Assembly: GCF_964204645.1 (NCBI RefSeq)
Contig: NC_134030.1
Coordinates: 16,492,110-16,556,109, forward strand
Source: Tubulanus polymorphus
Lineage: Eukaryota > Animalia > Nemertea
Length of the DNA stretch: 64,000 nucleotides
Reading direction: 5' to 3'
Made by a program: the position numbers and the translations under genes
Part shown: piece after piece, positions 39,420-53,640 of the stretch
Layout: each line of letters starts with the position of its first letter
Position numbering within the stretch: position 1 is the stretch's first letter
Notes under the pieces: generated by a model
What the model was told of the DNA's origin: nothing
Seen by the model: only the letters and a program-made list of their open reading frames with translations
Databases searched by the model: none

Positions 39420-40085
39420 AGCTTCCCTCAGTCATTCCAATTAATCGTTTGAAGTGTGGGGAGTTGCCTGGGGTCCTGAAACCACTGTCCATCCCTCACA
39501 AAACCTCTATGTCTACCTAAGGTTGTCCAAAACTTCCTAAGAACCCCTAGATAACGCTCCGTATTGACAGTGACTGTGCGTTGGTTCTCATCCTCAAACC
39601 AAAAGGGTTCGATTATCCTGTATTTGGACATAGCAACCCATGCTGTGCATTTGATGGAATGCAGTGGCCTTTGCAGACAGTTCTCAGGAGTTGATGTTCC
39701 CCACAAGATGTTGTTCTTTGATGTTGCATGTCCAGACAAAAGGAAGTGCGCCTCATCAGAGAACCAAACATCGATTTTGTCACAGAACAATCGACACATG
39801 ACTACACGCATATCCTTGTCCCTTTGCGCAAGTTTATGTTTAGTCTGTATCCTATAGGGGTACAAGTTCAGATCCTGCACACGACTTGCGAGGACTGCGA
39901 CCAGCCGACCCTTGGACAGCATCAAAATCGGCTGGTGATCGCGACCTCTTAGGCGACCAGAATGAGAGGCTCTGTTACCAGTAGCATTCAAGTTTAAGAC
40001 TGTCCCCTGGGCCCTGAATTTGTTGACCCGTCTGTACATGACCCTGTTTGCTGGATAATGACGACATCCGAATCGTCTTTTGAAC
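39420..40085 (-). pseudogene. mariner maT (DD37D-like) transposase fragment
   Basis: ORF 39428-40039: VNKFRAQGTV..LNLYPYRIQ..VWFSDEAHFLLSG..LHSIKCTAW..FWFED..TVNTERY..WFQD. Confidence 0.85.
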
Positions 40086-41534
40086 AGGAGATAAGTGAAA
40101 TGAATGCAAAATATACACCGATGAAAATATTACTCATTGGCCCTATCTGGCTCTAATATATTATGGTAATATACTCATTGGCCCTATCTGGCTCTGATAT
40201 ATTATGGTGTGAAGCAATGAAGATATCGAAAGTTGTTTAACCTTGGAGAGGTATATCGGTGACACTAGAAAGCCTATAGTATTCCTTGTGGGTTTTTACA
40301 TCATGTCCCAAGTGCCATGGCATCTCATGGCAATCATAATATTGAATGAGTAATCAAATAATTAGCTTCAATGAACTCTATTTTCGGGTACAGAAAAACA
40401 TGTGGTTCCCACATGCTGTCATCAGATCAAGAATTTATTGCTATGGTACAGCCAGGATAAAATATTCCTGTCAGCAACTACGATCTACGAAAATGACTAA
40501 CCAATGAATGACGGAATAACTTCAACTCGGATTTATTATTATTATTTAAGCACTAATTAACGAGTACCGGTTTGCTACAACACAAAAAACAACTACATTT
40601 AGCGGAAAATTGTGATAATTTGACAATTTACAATTCCAGCCATAGCGTAGTGCTGGCATACGTCGAATACGAGTGAGAGGTTAGAACTGTGCATTTACAG
40701 AAATGCCCAGAAAATGTATACAGATAGAAGTTCATGGTTTACCAAATCTATTTAATTCTACGTGAAGCGAAACGCGAAGAATTTGAGGAAAATACTGAAT
40801 ACAAATCCAACACTACTAATACACAACTCTTACAATACCGGTTAAGGAAACACAAATTCAACTTAATACACAGATTACAACATTCCAATTGCAACTAAAA
40901 CGCAATCATTTCAATGGCAACTCAAGGTTTGGTTGCGCATGTGTCCTGGGGCAATTAAAAGCCTTCATAGCATGTTAATTGACGGTGAGAGTCTCAGATT
41001 GAGTACACCCTAGATGCCACTGACTTGCACAAGACGTGCCTCCAAATACCAAAATTATATCTTGGCTGCACCATAATTAACAAACTAAAATTGGTCAATA
41101 AACAAAATTTTCAGTTTTTTGAGGCGACTAATATAATAGCATACATACCTGTGAAACAGTGGCAATGTACTTTCTGAGAGATGTCGAACATATCCTTTCT
41201 GGATGACTTATATCTGGACACGATGTCACGATTTCCTTCAGTTCTGAGCTTCCAGTAAATGGAGTTATCGCATTTGGCCGCTCAAACACATACATGTTTG
41301 CTTTCAGGATCTCCCTTTGACAGCATCTCCCTTTGCACTCAGCATATCTATAGACATGATTCTTCCATACGGCCGTCTTTGCAGGCCGTAACTGCAGGAA
41401 GTTGCGAATATTTTATCATACGACCATAGGCCTTTCTCCACAGGAGTCAACGGATGAAAGTTGACAAGATTCTACCATACGACCTTCTCTGCATGCGTCA
41501 ACAGATAGAAGGTTGAAAGATTCAATCATAAGAT
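39794..41534. repeat. Copy A of a ~1.75-kb direct duplication (copy B at 54495-56296)
   Basis: Colinear high identity with 54495-56296 (mariner piece, spacer, YR exon). Confidence 0.9.
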
Positions 41535-44329
41535 TTGTTGGATCCTCGGATTCGAATTGGGTGTGGGGGGCGTTGGCAATCCACGAACATAAGATAACGC
41601 GACTTGTAGTATAATGACGTAATGTATGTTTTCTCGATAATATTCAATACGACGACGACGACGAACCACTAAGACGGTTTAACACATTATGTTCCCAAGT
41701 CCCACGACCAGAGCTCAAAGAGAACGGTTTAACTGCCAGAAATGCTTTAATACAGCAATAGTCGCGCTTAAGTGCTTGGTGACCACCAAGGCGTGTATGG
41801 GCGGCCATTCCCGCCAAAAATCAGCTAAATTTGGCGGAAAATTGTGATAATTTGACAATTTACAATTCCAGCCATAGCGTAGTGCTGGCATACGTCGAAT
41901 ACGAGTGAGAGGTTAGAACTGTGCATTTACAGAAATGCCCAGAAAATGTATACAGATAGAAGTTCATGGTTTACCAAATCTATTTAATTCTACGTGAAGC
42001 GAAACGCGAAGAATTTGAGGAAAATACTGAATACAAATCCAACACTACTAATACACAACTCTTACAATACCGGTTAAGGAAACACAAATTCAACTTAATA
42101 CACAGATTACAACATTCCAATTGCAACTAAAACGCAATCATTTCAATGGCAACTCAAGGTTTGGTTGCGCATGTGTCCTGGGGCAATTAAGCGCATAATG
42201 TGCTTTTGAGATGCCTTCATAGCATGTTAATTGACGGTGAGAGTCTCAGATTGAGTACACCCTAGATGCCACTGACTTGCACAAGACGTGCCTCCAAATA
42301 CCAAAATTATATCTTGGCTGCACCATAATTAACAAACTAAAATTGGTCAATAAACAAAATTTTCAGTTTTTTGAGGCGACTAATATAATAGCATACATAC
42401 CTGTGAAACAGTGGCAATGTACTTTCTGAGAGATGTCGAACATATCCTTTCTGGATGACTTATATCTGGACACGATGTCACGATTTCCTTCAGTTCTGAG
42501 CTTCCAGTAAATGGAGTTATCGCATTTGGCCGCTCAAACACATACATGTTTGCTTTCAGGATCTCCCTTTGACAGCATCTCCCTTTGCACTCAGCATATC
42601 TATAGACATGATTCTTCCATACGGCCGTCTTTGCAGGCCGTAACTGCAGGAAGTTGAGAATATTTTATCATACGACCATAGGCCTTTCTCCACAGGAGTC
42701 AACGGATGAAAGTTGACAAGATTCTACCATACGACCTTCTCTGCATGCGTCAACAGATAGAAGGTTGAAAGATTCAATCATAAGATTTGTTGGATCCTCG
42801 GATTCGAATTGGGTGTGGGGGGCGTTGGCAATCCACGAACATAAGATAACGCGACTTGTAGTATAATGACGTAATGTATGTTTTCTCGATAATATTCAAT
42901 ACGACGACGACGACGAACCACTAAGACGGTTTAACACATTATGTTCCCAAGTCCCACGACCAGAGCTCAAAGAGAACGGTTTAACTGCCAGAAATGCTTT
43001 AATACAGCAATAGTCGCGCTTAAGTGCTTGGTGACCACCAAGGCGTGTATGGGCGGCCATTCCCGCCAAAAATCAGCTAAATTTAGCGGAAAATTGTGAT
43101 AATTTGACAATTTACAATTCCAGCCATAGCGTAGTGCTGGCATACGTCGAATACGAGTGAGAGGTTAGAACTGTGCATTTACAGAAATGCCCAGAAAATG
43201 TATACAGATAGAAGTTCATGGTTTACCAAATCTATTTAATTCTACGTGAAGCGAAACGCGAAGAATTTGAGGAAAATACTGAATACAAATCCAACACTAC
43301 TAATACACAACTCTTACAATACCGGTTAAGGAAACACAAATTCAACTTAATACACAGATTCCAACATTCCAATTGCAACTAAAACGCAATCATTTCAATG
43401 GCAACTCAAGGTTTGGTTGCGCATGTGTCCTGGGGCAATTAAACGCATAATGTGCTTTTGAGATGCCTTCATAGCATGTTAATTGACGGTGAGAGTCTCA
43501 GATTGAGTACACCCTAGATGCCACTGACTTGCACAAGACGTGCCTTCAAATACCAAAATTATATCTTGGCTGCACCATAATTAACAAACTAAAATTGGTC
43601 AATAAACAAAATTTTCAGTTTTTTGAGGCGACTAATATAATAGCATACATACCTGTGAAACAGTGGCAATGTACTTTCTGAGAGATGTCGAACATATCCT
43701 TTCTGGATGACTTATATCTGGACACGATGTCACGATTTCCTTCAGTTCTGAGCTTCCAGTAAATGGAGTTATCGCATTTGGCCGCTCAAACACATACATG
43801 TTTGCTTTCAGGATCTCCCTTTGACAGCATCTCCCTTTGCACTCAGCATATCTATAGACATGATTCTTCCATACGGCCGTCTTTGCAGGCCGTAACTGCA
43901 GGAAGTTGAGAATATTTTATCATACGACCATAGGCCTTTCTCCACAGGAGTCAACGGATGAAAGTTGACAAGATTCTACCATACGACCTTCTCTGCATGC
44001 GTCAACAGATAGAAGGTTGAAAGATTCAATCATAAGATTTGTTGGATCCTCGGATTCGAATTGGGTGTGGGGGGGCGTTGGCAATCCACGAACATAAGAT
44101 AACGCGACTTGTAGTATAATGACGTAATGTATATTTTCTCGATAATATTCAATACGACGACGACGACGAACCACTAAGACGGTTTAACACATTATGTTCC
44201 CAAGTCCCACGACCAGAGCTCAAAGAGAACGGTTTAACTGCCAGAAATGCTTTAATACAGCAATAGTCGCGCTTAAGTGCTTGGTGACCACCAAGGCGTG
44301 TATGGGCGGCCATTCCCGCCAAAAATCAG
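40597..44329. repeat. Tandem triplication of a ~1.25-kb unit (YR exon + BEL 5' internal/LTR piece + MITE start)
   Basis: Marker GCGGAAAATTGTGATAATTTG at ~40602, 41834 and 43086; units are nearly identical. Confidence 0.92.
41150..41450 (-). pseudogene. Crypton-type tyrosine recombinase exon, second family (repeated at ~42401, 43654, 55871)
   Basis: LTPVEK..KANMYVF..PNAITPFTGSSELKEIVTSCPDISHPERICSTSLRKYIATVSQ followed by a GTATGT donor. Confidence 0.75.
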
Positions 44330-45632
44330 CGTTTCGTCTATTTGTCTGTACTTTGACAAAATGTCATAGTACACCGCCAAAATGTGTAAGCGTAACGTCA
44401 AATTGTGTAATGCGGCTAAATAACATGGGGGGCGACACTGTACGGACAGTATTTTGCGGTATTTTTCTCGCTTTGCGATCATCTCACGGTCGTCTCATTG
44501 AAATAATTTTGCGAGTATCAAATCGACAAATCGTATCATATTCCCTAAACCCAATAAAATGAATTTATTATTACTTTTATTAGTTAACTCGGAACTCATG
44601 AACTCAAGATGTCGTCTCAGGTATGGAGGCCCTATATGGAAGCCCTGAGACGACACCTTGGGTTCATGAGTTCCCCAGTTCATAACTTCCAGAGTTTATG
44701 ATATTTCGAGTTTATTTGGGCATGTACAACACTATGAAATTATGCGACATAAAGAATCCTATTATAAGGATGTTAAATCCGATTACGTCATGAATTAACT
44801 AAAAAAATGATGTCCCGCATCAACCAAGACTGGTTGACTGTGCCCAATTCTGCACTGGCAGTCATATGAAGTCGACCGGCAACCAGTCTATCATCAGACA
44901 GCTTTCTTGATGGTTTATAGAAAATAAATAGATGTTTAAAAACTTCTCATAACGAGCGTTTGTTATCTTTTTCATCATTAAAACCCGAGCAGATTCATCG
45001 AGAGTCACCGGTTATTCGGAGTCACCCTTCTCTCTAGCCCGCGCACAGAAAATCCGAGCTACCTACCAGAGGAGGAACGGAGGCGCCCTTCAACATACCA
45101 TTAATCGCTGGTTATTCAGTGTCGTCTGAGCCTGAGACGCGGGTCTTTGATAGAGCATCGTGTTTACATTCGACGTTTCGGTATCGCAGGCTTTTTTCAT
45201 TAGACGAACTCATGAACTTGAGAACTCAGGAAGTTATGAACTCGGAACTCATGAACTCAAGATGTCGTCTCAGGGCTTCCATAGGTTTACGGCAAAGTAT
45301 TTACTTCCGCTATTTTACCGTACATTATTACTATATATTATAGTATTAACTAACTAAAGTAACAATAAAATCATTTTATTGGGTTTAGGGAATATGATAC
45401 GATTTGTCGATTTGATACTCGCAAAATTATTTCAATAAAACGACCTTGAGATGATCGCAATGCGAGAAAAAAAACGCAAAATACTGTCCGTACAGTGTCG
45501 CCCCCTGTGTTATTTAGCCGCAATACACAATTTGACGTTACGCTAACACATTTTGGCGGTGTACTATGACATTTTGTCAAAGTACAGAAAAATAGACGGA
45601 ACGCAGATTTTTGGCGGGAATGGCCACCCATA
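44301..45632. mobile_element. Unclassified long-TIR (~270 bp) non-autonomous DNA element, 6-bp TSD GGCGTG
   Basis: GGCGTG|TATGGGCGGCCATTCCCGCC ... GGCGGGAATGGCCACCCATA|GGCGTG; arms 44301-44575 and 45360-45632. Confidence 0.8.
44635..45283. mobile_element. Nested MITE with TATGGAAGCCCTGAGACGACA termini
   Basis: Inverted ~50-bp ends; an extra copy of the right end lies at 44586-44620. Confidence 0.7.
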
Positions 45633-48600
45633 GGCGTGAGCCAACGATAATAATATAATAACGGTATAGAAATATATATCTATTAAGCTATTGATCCCTA
45701 AAAATCAGCTCGTACATCCCCCCCCCTCCAAACGAACGTAAAGGACGTTTAAACTAATTACGTCGTAATACATAATAAATCGAAACTAATAAACTAAACG
45801 AATGAGCAATACCAACTAATACTAGATATGATCAACTTACTAACGATTTCCAATAATTATTTAAGATCTATAAGATTTTACCTAAGTGCTAATTGGCTTA
45901 ACTAAGTTTTAGCTTACACTAGGAACTCCGTAAATATAATACATACAATAGTTTCTGTTTCCTTCCATAGAACGTCAAAGTCAAGTGATCATATTCAACG
46001 GAACGAATCAGAGTTCTTATAAACCCAGTTATGTCGAGTCACATTCTAACAAAACGCACTTGTTTATCGGACGGTCGATTGTAGATTTCGCCGTTTTTAT
46101 GGTCACTCGTCTAACGATGTCATCTGTACCAGGCAAGATGGCAATTATTCGACCCAATGGCCATTCGCTACGATGAACACGATCATCGACGACCAGCACC
46201 AGATCGCCGATTTTAATGTTTCTTCGCTTCTTACACCATTTTTGTCTCTCTTGCAACATAGGCAAATATTCTCGAGCATATCGGATCCAGAACTGGTCGG
46301 CCAAATACTGCACGTGCCTCCAGCTTCGACGGCAGTATTGATCGGTTTTCTCGAACTTCCCTGGTGGCAGCCCAGGGCCGGATCTAAGGAGCAGAAGGTG
46401 GTTCGGAGTCAGTGCATGCAAATCGTTGGGATCATCGCTCACAGGAGTCAGTGGTCTTGAATTCATGATTGCTTCAGCCTCACAAATGAATGTACGCAGA
46501 CCTTCGTCGTTCAATATCTGTTGCCGTAGAGTTACGTTCAGGATTTTTCTTATAGAACGGATGCACCTTGCCCATACTCCTCCCCAATGGGATGCAGATG
46601 GAGGGTTGAAAATCCACTGAGTCCCCTTTTGCATGAGACATTCGTGTATCTTGGCCTGATTCCAACTTTCCACTGCATCACGCAACTCTCGTTCACCGCC
46701 TGTGAAGTTGGTGCCATTGTCGCTTCTTATTATCTCTGGTTGTCCTCTTCTTGCAATAAACCGTCGTTGAGCGTTGATAAACGAGGGGGTCGATAAATCA
46801 TCCGTGACCTCGATATGTACCGCCCTTATATTAAGACATGTGAAGACGCAACCATACCGTTTCACTATAACACGACCTCGTTTTGCGTTGTATGGACCAA
46901 ACAAATCGACGCCTACGTTAGTAAACGGCGGCTCGGATAAATTGGTACGATCCACCGGTAGGTCAGCCATCATCTGGGACTCTGGTTTACCATGGTTCTT
47001 CTTGCAATCGACGCATCTTCCCAGTACATGTCGAACGGCTGAATTACCATTTATTTACCAATATTTCGTTCTCAGCATTGCGAGTGTAAACTGGCGACCA
47101 CCATGCGCCCAAATCAGATGATAATATTCGATGATCAACTTGGTAACGTGACAGTTCTTCGGTAGAATGATAGGGTATTTCCTAGCGTCGTCTATGGAAG
47201 ATTTCCTCAGCCGTCCACCGACTCGTAATATATATATAATATACCATCAACCATCATAGGATTCAGCTTTCGAATTCTACTCGACTTCTTAACATCACGT
47301 TTTCCACCTTCGGAACTGAATGAGACGACGTCGGGTAACCTCTCAACTTCGTCAGGAAAATGCCATTTTTGAATTATCTTCAGTATAGACTTCTCGGCAC
47401 TTCTCATCTCCAGTACACTAATTGGTTCTGAGGACTGTAATTTATTCACGTACCGCAGCATCCAGGTAACACATTTCGTCAGTCGATACCATGATGAACA
47501 TCTCTTAAACGCGGCGTGGAAACAATCGTCTTCTACGTCAGGTTGCAACCCGCTGTTTTTTACTCTGCCATTTTTCAGGACTAATGTAGTTTTCTTCACT
47601 TCAACGTCATCGTCTGGAACAGGGTGGACTTGAGATGACCGTGGCCATTCGGCATCGGGTTTCCTCAAAAATTCGGGACCATGTTTCCAAACTTCATTCT
47701 TCATGAATGCGTCGACTTTCTGACCACGTGATGCATCATCGGCTGGGTTAGATTTCCCATCTATGAATCTCCATTGTTCTGGTTCAATACGACTTCGATA
47801 TCGGTACATCAAGTTCTCTTCTCAGCATCTTGTCGTTTTTAACGGACAGCGTGGCTGCAGCTAAAACGAGGAATAGTCGTAGTCTTAATAGTCGGAGCTA
47901 CTCTAGCTTTTCTCATCAAAAATATGGGCTTTCTTCTGCGATCTCAAGGCGTATGTAGCTTACCGATGCGTAACCGACCTCGAAAGCATCCGTGAAGTGG
48001 TGTAGTTGAGCATCTATAACGTCTCCGAATCCCATTGGTTTCAAACATCTATCCATTGTATAACCGTACAACTTGGGCAGGGAGATCAACCATTCATTCC
48101 ATTGAACCAGTTTTTCTTCAGGTAAGTTATCGTCCCATCCCAATTTAAGCTTGACCAATGACTGCATCAGAATCTTTGAAACGAGTATTACTGGCGCTGC
48201 AAAACCAAGGGGGTCGTATAGTGCGCTTGTTACGGACAGAATACCTCTTCTCGTCGCCGGTTGATCACCGGGGGTCACACGGAACCCAAACGTATCTTTC
48301 TCCATATTCCATAATACGCCTAGTGCCCTGTCGACTGGTAACTCTTCAAAGCACATGTTCTTTACCGGAGGTGCCCTCTCTTCTTCCGGAATGGCCTCTA
48401 TCACCTTCTTTGAATTTGAAGCGAATTTGGTTATATGGAAACCACCCATCTGGAGTAGTTTTATGACGTTCAATGCCAATTCTTTGCAACATTCGTCGGT
48501 CTTCACGGATTTCAGCATGTCGTCGACATAGAAATTCTTCATTATAGTATCGGTAACCTGCGGGTCGAACGAACCTTCATTATCGGTAGCTGTTTTTCTC

Positions 48601-50754
48601 AATACAAAGTTACAGCAGCTAGGAGGTGCACTTTCATGTGATATTCATCAGCCGTTTTCCAAAATCATCAGTAGACCACCATAAGAACCTCAAGGCATCG
48701 CGTTGTTCAGGGATCACTCTCACCTGATGAAACATTGATTCTACATCAGCAACCAACACAATGGGTTCTTGCCTAAATCCCACCAATATACCAATTAAGG
48801 TGTTTGTCATATCGGGACCATGATACAACTGTTCGTTCAGCGATACACCATTATACGTAGCTGAGCAATCGAAGACGACTCTAAGTTTCTTCTTCTGCGG
48901 GTGATACACTGGGTGGTGCGGCAAATACAATAGCAAACCATCGGTGTTGACTTCTTCAGGCGGTACCATTTCAGCAAAGTCGCAGACTAAAAGATCTTCG
49001 ATAAATTTTCTATATCCAGTTCGACGCTCTACATTCTCGCGAAATCCTGGCATCAATGGTTTCAGTCTTGATTCGGCCATCTTACGATTATTAGGCGGAC
49101 ACGGAGGTGACACCTTAAATGGAAGTGCCATTTCATAATGGCCGCCTTTCAAACTCACGGTACCTTCCATTATAGCCAACACCTTCTTATCATTTACCCA
49201 AATCATCTGCTGATCATCTCCGACGTCCCCAAATTCTCGGTTGAAGTAATACAGCAGTCGTTTGTCCAATGAATCATCAATATTTACCGCATTACTGCTA
49301 CGGATGGGTCTTCTACCATTCTTACCAAGGGGCCCCGTTGACGGCCCATCCGAACATTGTTCGGACAGCATATGGACCATTTCTCACGGCTGGCTTCACC
49401 TACATAGGTTCCATTGCTCTACAGTTATCGTTACCAATTAACAGCTCTACGTTAACATCATATTTGGTATGAAGACGCCATCGAAATGAGACCATTTCTT
49501 AACTTCGCTTTGAGACAGAATATCTTCTCTGGTAACAGGAATATCGGGCGTCGAGAAGACCATAGGCAATTCCAATTTCTCCATCTCATCAACATCGCTT
49601 ATCAACAACTTAGTTACCATGGTTCCTGCGTTGTCGGAATGACCCATTGTCAAGAAATAGTGGTTTTCCGAGTGTTGGCGTTCAGCTTATTCATCAACTG
49701 TGTAGTACAAAACGTCGCTGTAGAACCAGTGTCCAAAAGAGCATATACCAATTGAAGTTCACCATTTTCAAATGCTCTTACCAATACTGGAACGATCGGC
49801 ATACTTATCTTCTCCTTTTGACTAGTCTTGGTTATAGAACCATTTTTCACCTTTTCGGGGTTATGCAATGACGAGTGATGTGCGCCATTACAGATGTTGC
49901 ATTTACTTCGAGGTTTCCAACATTCTCTAGACCGATGCCTAGGGAGGAAGCAATTAAAGCATAGGGCTTTATCTCTCACGAATTTCACCTTCTCTTCATA
50001 GGTAAATCTACTGAAACCACTACAATTTACCAGCAAGTGCTCGTTACTGCAATGTGGACATCTCAACGGTTTCTTAGTCGCTGGTGGTAGATTTACGGTC
50101 GTTTCTGACGATGGACCAACTATTTCTTCCGATTGGCGCGTGATGAATGTCTTCCCCTTTTTATCTGCATATTTGTGATCCTTGATATCAGAGATATCGC
50201 CGAAAACGGTGTGTTGCTATTCTGGCTTCTTTCTCTACAAACTCCGCAATATCGCCAAAGTTGACATCCCGTTGCTGCTTTTCATTAATCGTATCAGCTA
50301 TGCTGCGCCAACGTTTCCTCAGGTCGTAGGGCAGGCGATTCACTACCTTTCGTAGAGAATCTGGGTTTTCGATCTTATTAAGATAGCCAACTGCCTTTAA
50401 CGCATTTCCACAACTGGTCAACTTTATGGAAAACTTCTTCAAACCATTCCTATCTTCCGATCTAAAGGCTGGGCCCTTGGTAATTTCGTCGACGTATGCT
50501 GTAGCAATTCGATAGTTCTGACCATAACGCTTCTTCGGTGCATCTTTAGCTTCTAAGTATGCCGAATCATCACTTCGAGTTAAATAACTTCTTACCAACT
50601 CTTTCACTTCGCCAGACGTGTACTGAGCAAGATAATACATCCTCGACGTATTACTTGACGTTCTTGTTTCGATCAGCTGTTCGAATGCCTTAATAAACGA
50701 TATATACTGCAATGCGTTACCACCAAATATTTGAAAGGCTGAATCCAAGAACAT

Positions 50755-53640
50755 GTCTATCGCACTTTTGAGCCCAAATGTCTACTTTTACTTAGTAGCC
50801 ACTTGAGAACAATAAGCAATTAACGATATCAGCTACTTTTCCAGTAGTATACATTTCAAAACAGTCACTCTGAAATAGTATTCCTTTCAATTCGGTTGCT
50901 TTTCTATAGTGGCTGTTTCGAAGAGTCTACTATTGAAAAGTGACCATTTTGAAACATCTGGTTTCGATAGTGCACACTAGCAGTAGAGGTGACTGTAAAA
51001 CCACCCGCCTGTTAACAGTGACTGTGTGATAGTAACTCCTACCATAGCAGCTACTCTCAAAACACATCGTTTCTAAAAGTCAACTATTGAAAAGTGACCA
51101 TTTTGAGATCGCTTGCTAGATTCCCTGTTATAAATACATGGTAGCAACATATGCTTCAAATTTGCAGTGATACGTGACAATATAAACATACGGAAAACTC
51201 TACTCACGCTATAGTTTGGGGTATAGTTCCATTAAGAGTGACTCAGTTAAGATCCGAAGATATTGTAGATACTCTTTGAGGATGTGAAATGTAATGAGCG
51301 ATTCCCAACTCTAACCAATAAAAGTCGAGATTGGAATTAAATTTGTTTACAAATTGTCAATAGTTATGTAGTTTTAAGATAAATCTCCTTCTTTCCTTCT
51401 TCTCATGAATTCATTTTGAACAAATGCTGCTATTTTCAAGCATAGGTCTGCATTTATTTTTGATTTAAATTCTTAGATTAAAAGCACAATCATGAATTCA
51501 GGCTAACCTATCATTATTGAAATGGTGGTTTATTTTCAACGGGGGCCTGGATGTCTTTGCATCTTGAATTAAGATGTGCATTTCAGAGTGTTTGAATTTC
51601 CCTGAATTCTAATTTCGCAAAATCATTGATTTTTTTAAAACAAAATATGCTTTTTCCATGTGGATTTTAAAAATTCTAAGAGAGCCCATATTTGGTCGAA
51701 TTTAATAGAAGAAAATTTGTATGGTATTCAAGATATCATTTGGATTACCTTAACAGCCTTTGGTGATCGTCCCTGGGGTCATGAGTGAAGAAATCCCGTA
51801 ATAGAATTTTAAATATGATAAAATTTGTTAAGGTGAAACAGCAACGTTTCGACTGTTGACTAACAGCCATCAGCGGGTGGAATGTAGGCATTCCTAGTGA
51901 AAAGAGCTTTTAGTCAGATGGCTGTCAGTCAACAGCCGAAACGTTGTGGTTCAACTTTAATAAATTTCATGATACAAAATTCTATTGTGGGATTGCTTCA
52001 TTTATCTACAGTTAACACGGTTTAGAGTATTTTATTCGACTTCTTCGGGTCCTGTAGCCGTTTAGATCGAAAATTATTTACTTTTCGGCACAGAAGGGAT
52101 ATACAACGGAGTTTGTCGCTATGAGAGGGATTCCCTGTATATCTGCACCTTAAAGCGGTACCCTTTTTGGTTCTAGCCCGCATTCGCTTCCAAATTCAAG
52201 TATTGGTAACTTTGGTTTACGATAATTTGAGAAAAAGAGTTTAGTTGGAGAAAACTGACGATTATCTTATAATTCAGCGATTCATTGGTTCATCGATTCG
52301 TAAAAATAAAATAAAATCTCATAGAGATATTGCGGTGCTAAGTTTATTACTATTAAGAGAGGTAATTACTTTTGGTTCGTGGTCTTTAGGTGGTTAGTGC
52401 AGTTAGTTCATTCGTTCATCAATCACTGTCTAGTTAGCCAATGTAATTGACCTGCTGACCGATAGCTGCTGCTGAGTTTTTGATAACCTATATAAACAAT
52501 TTACTCAGCAAAGTAGGAAAGTATGTGAAACTGAAATTACAGCCCATCACATTTCTTTCACTACTTAAGCCAAACGAAGTTTTCTCTATCAAATGAAATT
52601 GCTGATTTCAAAATTACGTGAACATCTCAACACTCAACTCTTATACGCTAATCCTTTGATCTTTCATAATAGTTGGTTATTTCATTTCAACCAAACTATA
52701 TAACTACGAAATAAGATTTTGATTAGGGTATCACTTCTAGCAAGCGATAAAACGATATTCAAGAACGAACAAGCAGAGGATGTGTGACAAAGTGAACATC
52801 ACATGGATTACTTAAAACTCGTTTGTATCGAAATAAACAATAAATTCAAGGTTAATTCTAAGTATTTTAGATACATTTTTTTCGTAATTCATTTTCTGAA
52901 CATATGATTTTATTTGTATATTCCTCTCTCATATACCCTTAAAATCAAATTAAGCCTAAAAGACAAATTTATTTTTTGTCTTTCTTTTCTACAAAATCAA
53001 AGATTTATGAACGCACCAGAATGTTTTATAATCGCAAATCTTAAAATTCTAAAAATTCTAGGAGTGGCACTATATTTTCGTATTAATGGATTTAATCCAT
53101 GATGATATAATTTAGGGGATTCTCAGCAACTCAAAAACTTAGATTTTCTATTCACAGAACTGTATTCAAAGCATATAGAGTTCTGTATACAAAGCAGATA
53201 GGGTTTAACAGTACCTTTGAACCTGTCACGTATCACTGCAAATCTTTAACAGATGCTGCTATTTTGAACAGGAAATTACCGTGCCATCTCAAAATGGTCA
53301 CTTTTCAATAGTTGACTTTTAGAAACGATGTGTTTTGAGAGTAGCTTTTATGATAAGAGTTACTATCACAAAGTCACTGTTGACAGACGGGTGGTTTTAC
53401 AGTCACCTCTACTGCTAGTGTGCACTATCGAAACCAGATGTTTTAAAATGGTCACTTTTCAATAGTAGACTCTTCGAAACAGCCACTATAGAAAACCAAC
53501 CGACTTGAAAGGAATACTACTTCAGAGTGACTGTTTTGAAATGTATACTACTTGAAAAGTAGCTGATATCGTTAATTGCTTATTGTTCTCAAGTGGCTAC
53601 TAAGTAAAAGTAGACATTTGGGCTCAAAAGTGCGATAGAC
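50755..53640. mobile_element. Foldback-type DNA element with ~425-bp TIRs inserted in BEL gag
   Basis: GTCTATCGCACTTTTGAGCCC... (50755-51180) is inverted against 53224-53640. Confidence 0.85.
51785..52002. mobile_element. Inverted pair of Penelope-like element termini with degenerate hammerhead-ribozyme cores
   Basis: Minus strand CTGATGGCTGTTAGTCAACAGTCGAAACGTTG and plus strand CAGATGGCTGTCAGTCAACAGCCGAAACGTTG, in ~90-bp inverted arms with an AATAAA tail. Confidence 0.6.

Larger units (their letters stand above)
44195..45716 (-). repeat. BEL LTR (~185 bp net, TGT...ACA) split by a 1.33-kb TIR element
   Basis: On the minus strand it starts TGTACGAGC directly after the PPT GGAGGGGGGGGGA and ends GGGAACA, followed by 5' internal sequence; the 3' boundary is inferred. 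Confidence 0.7.
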
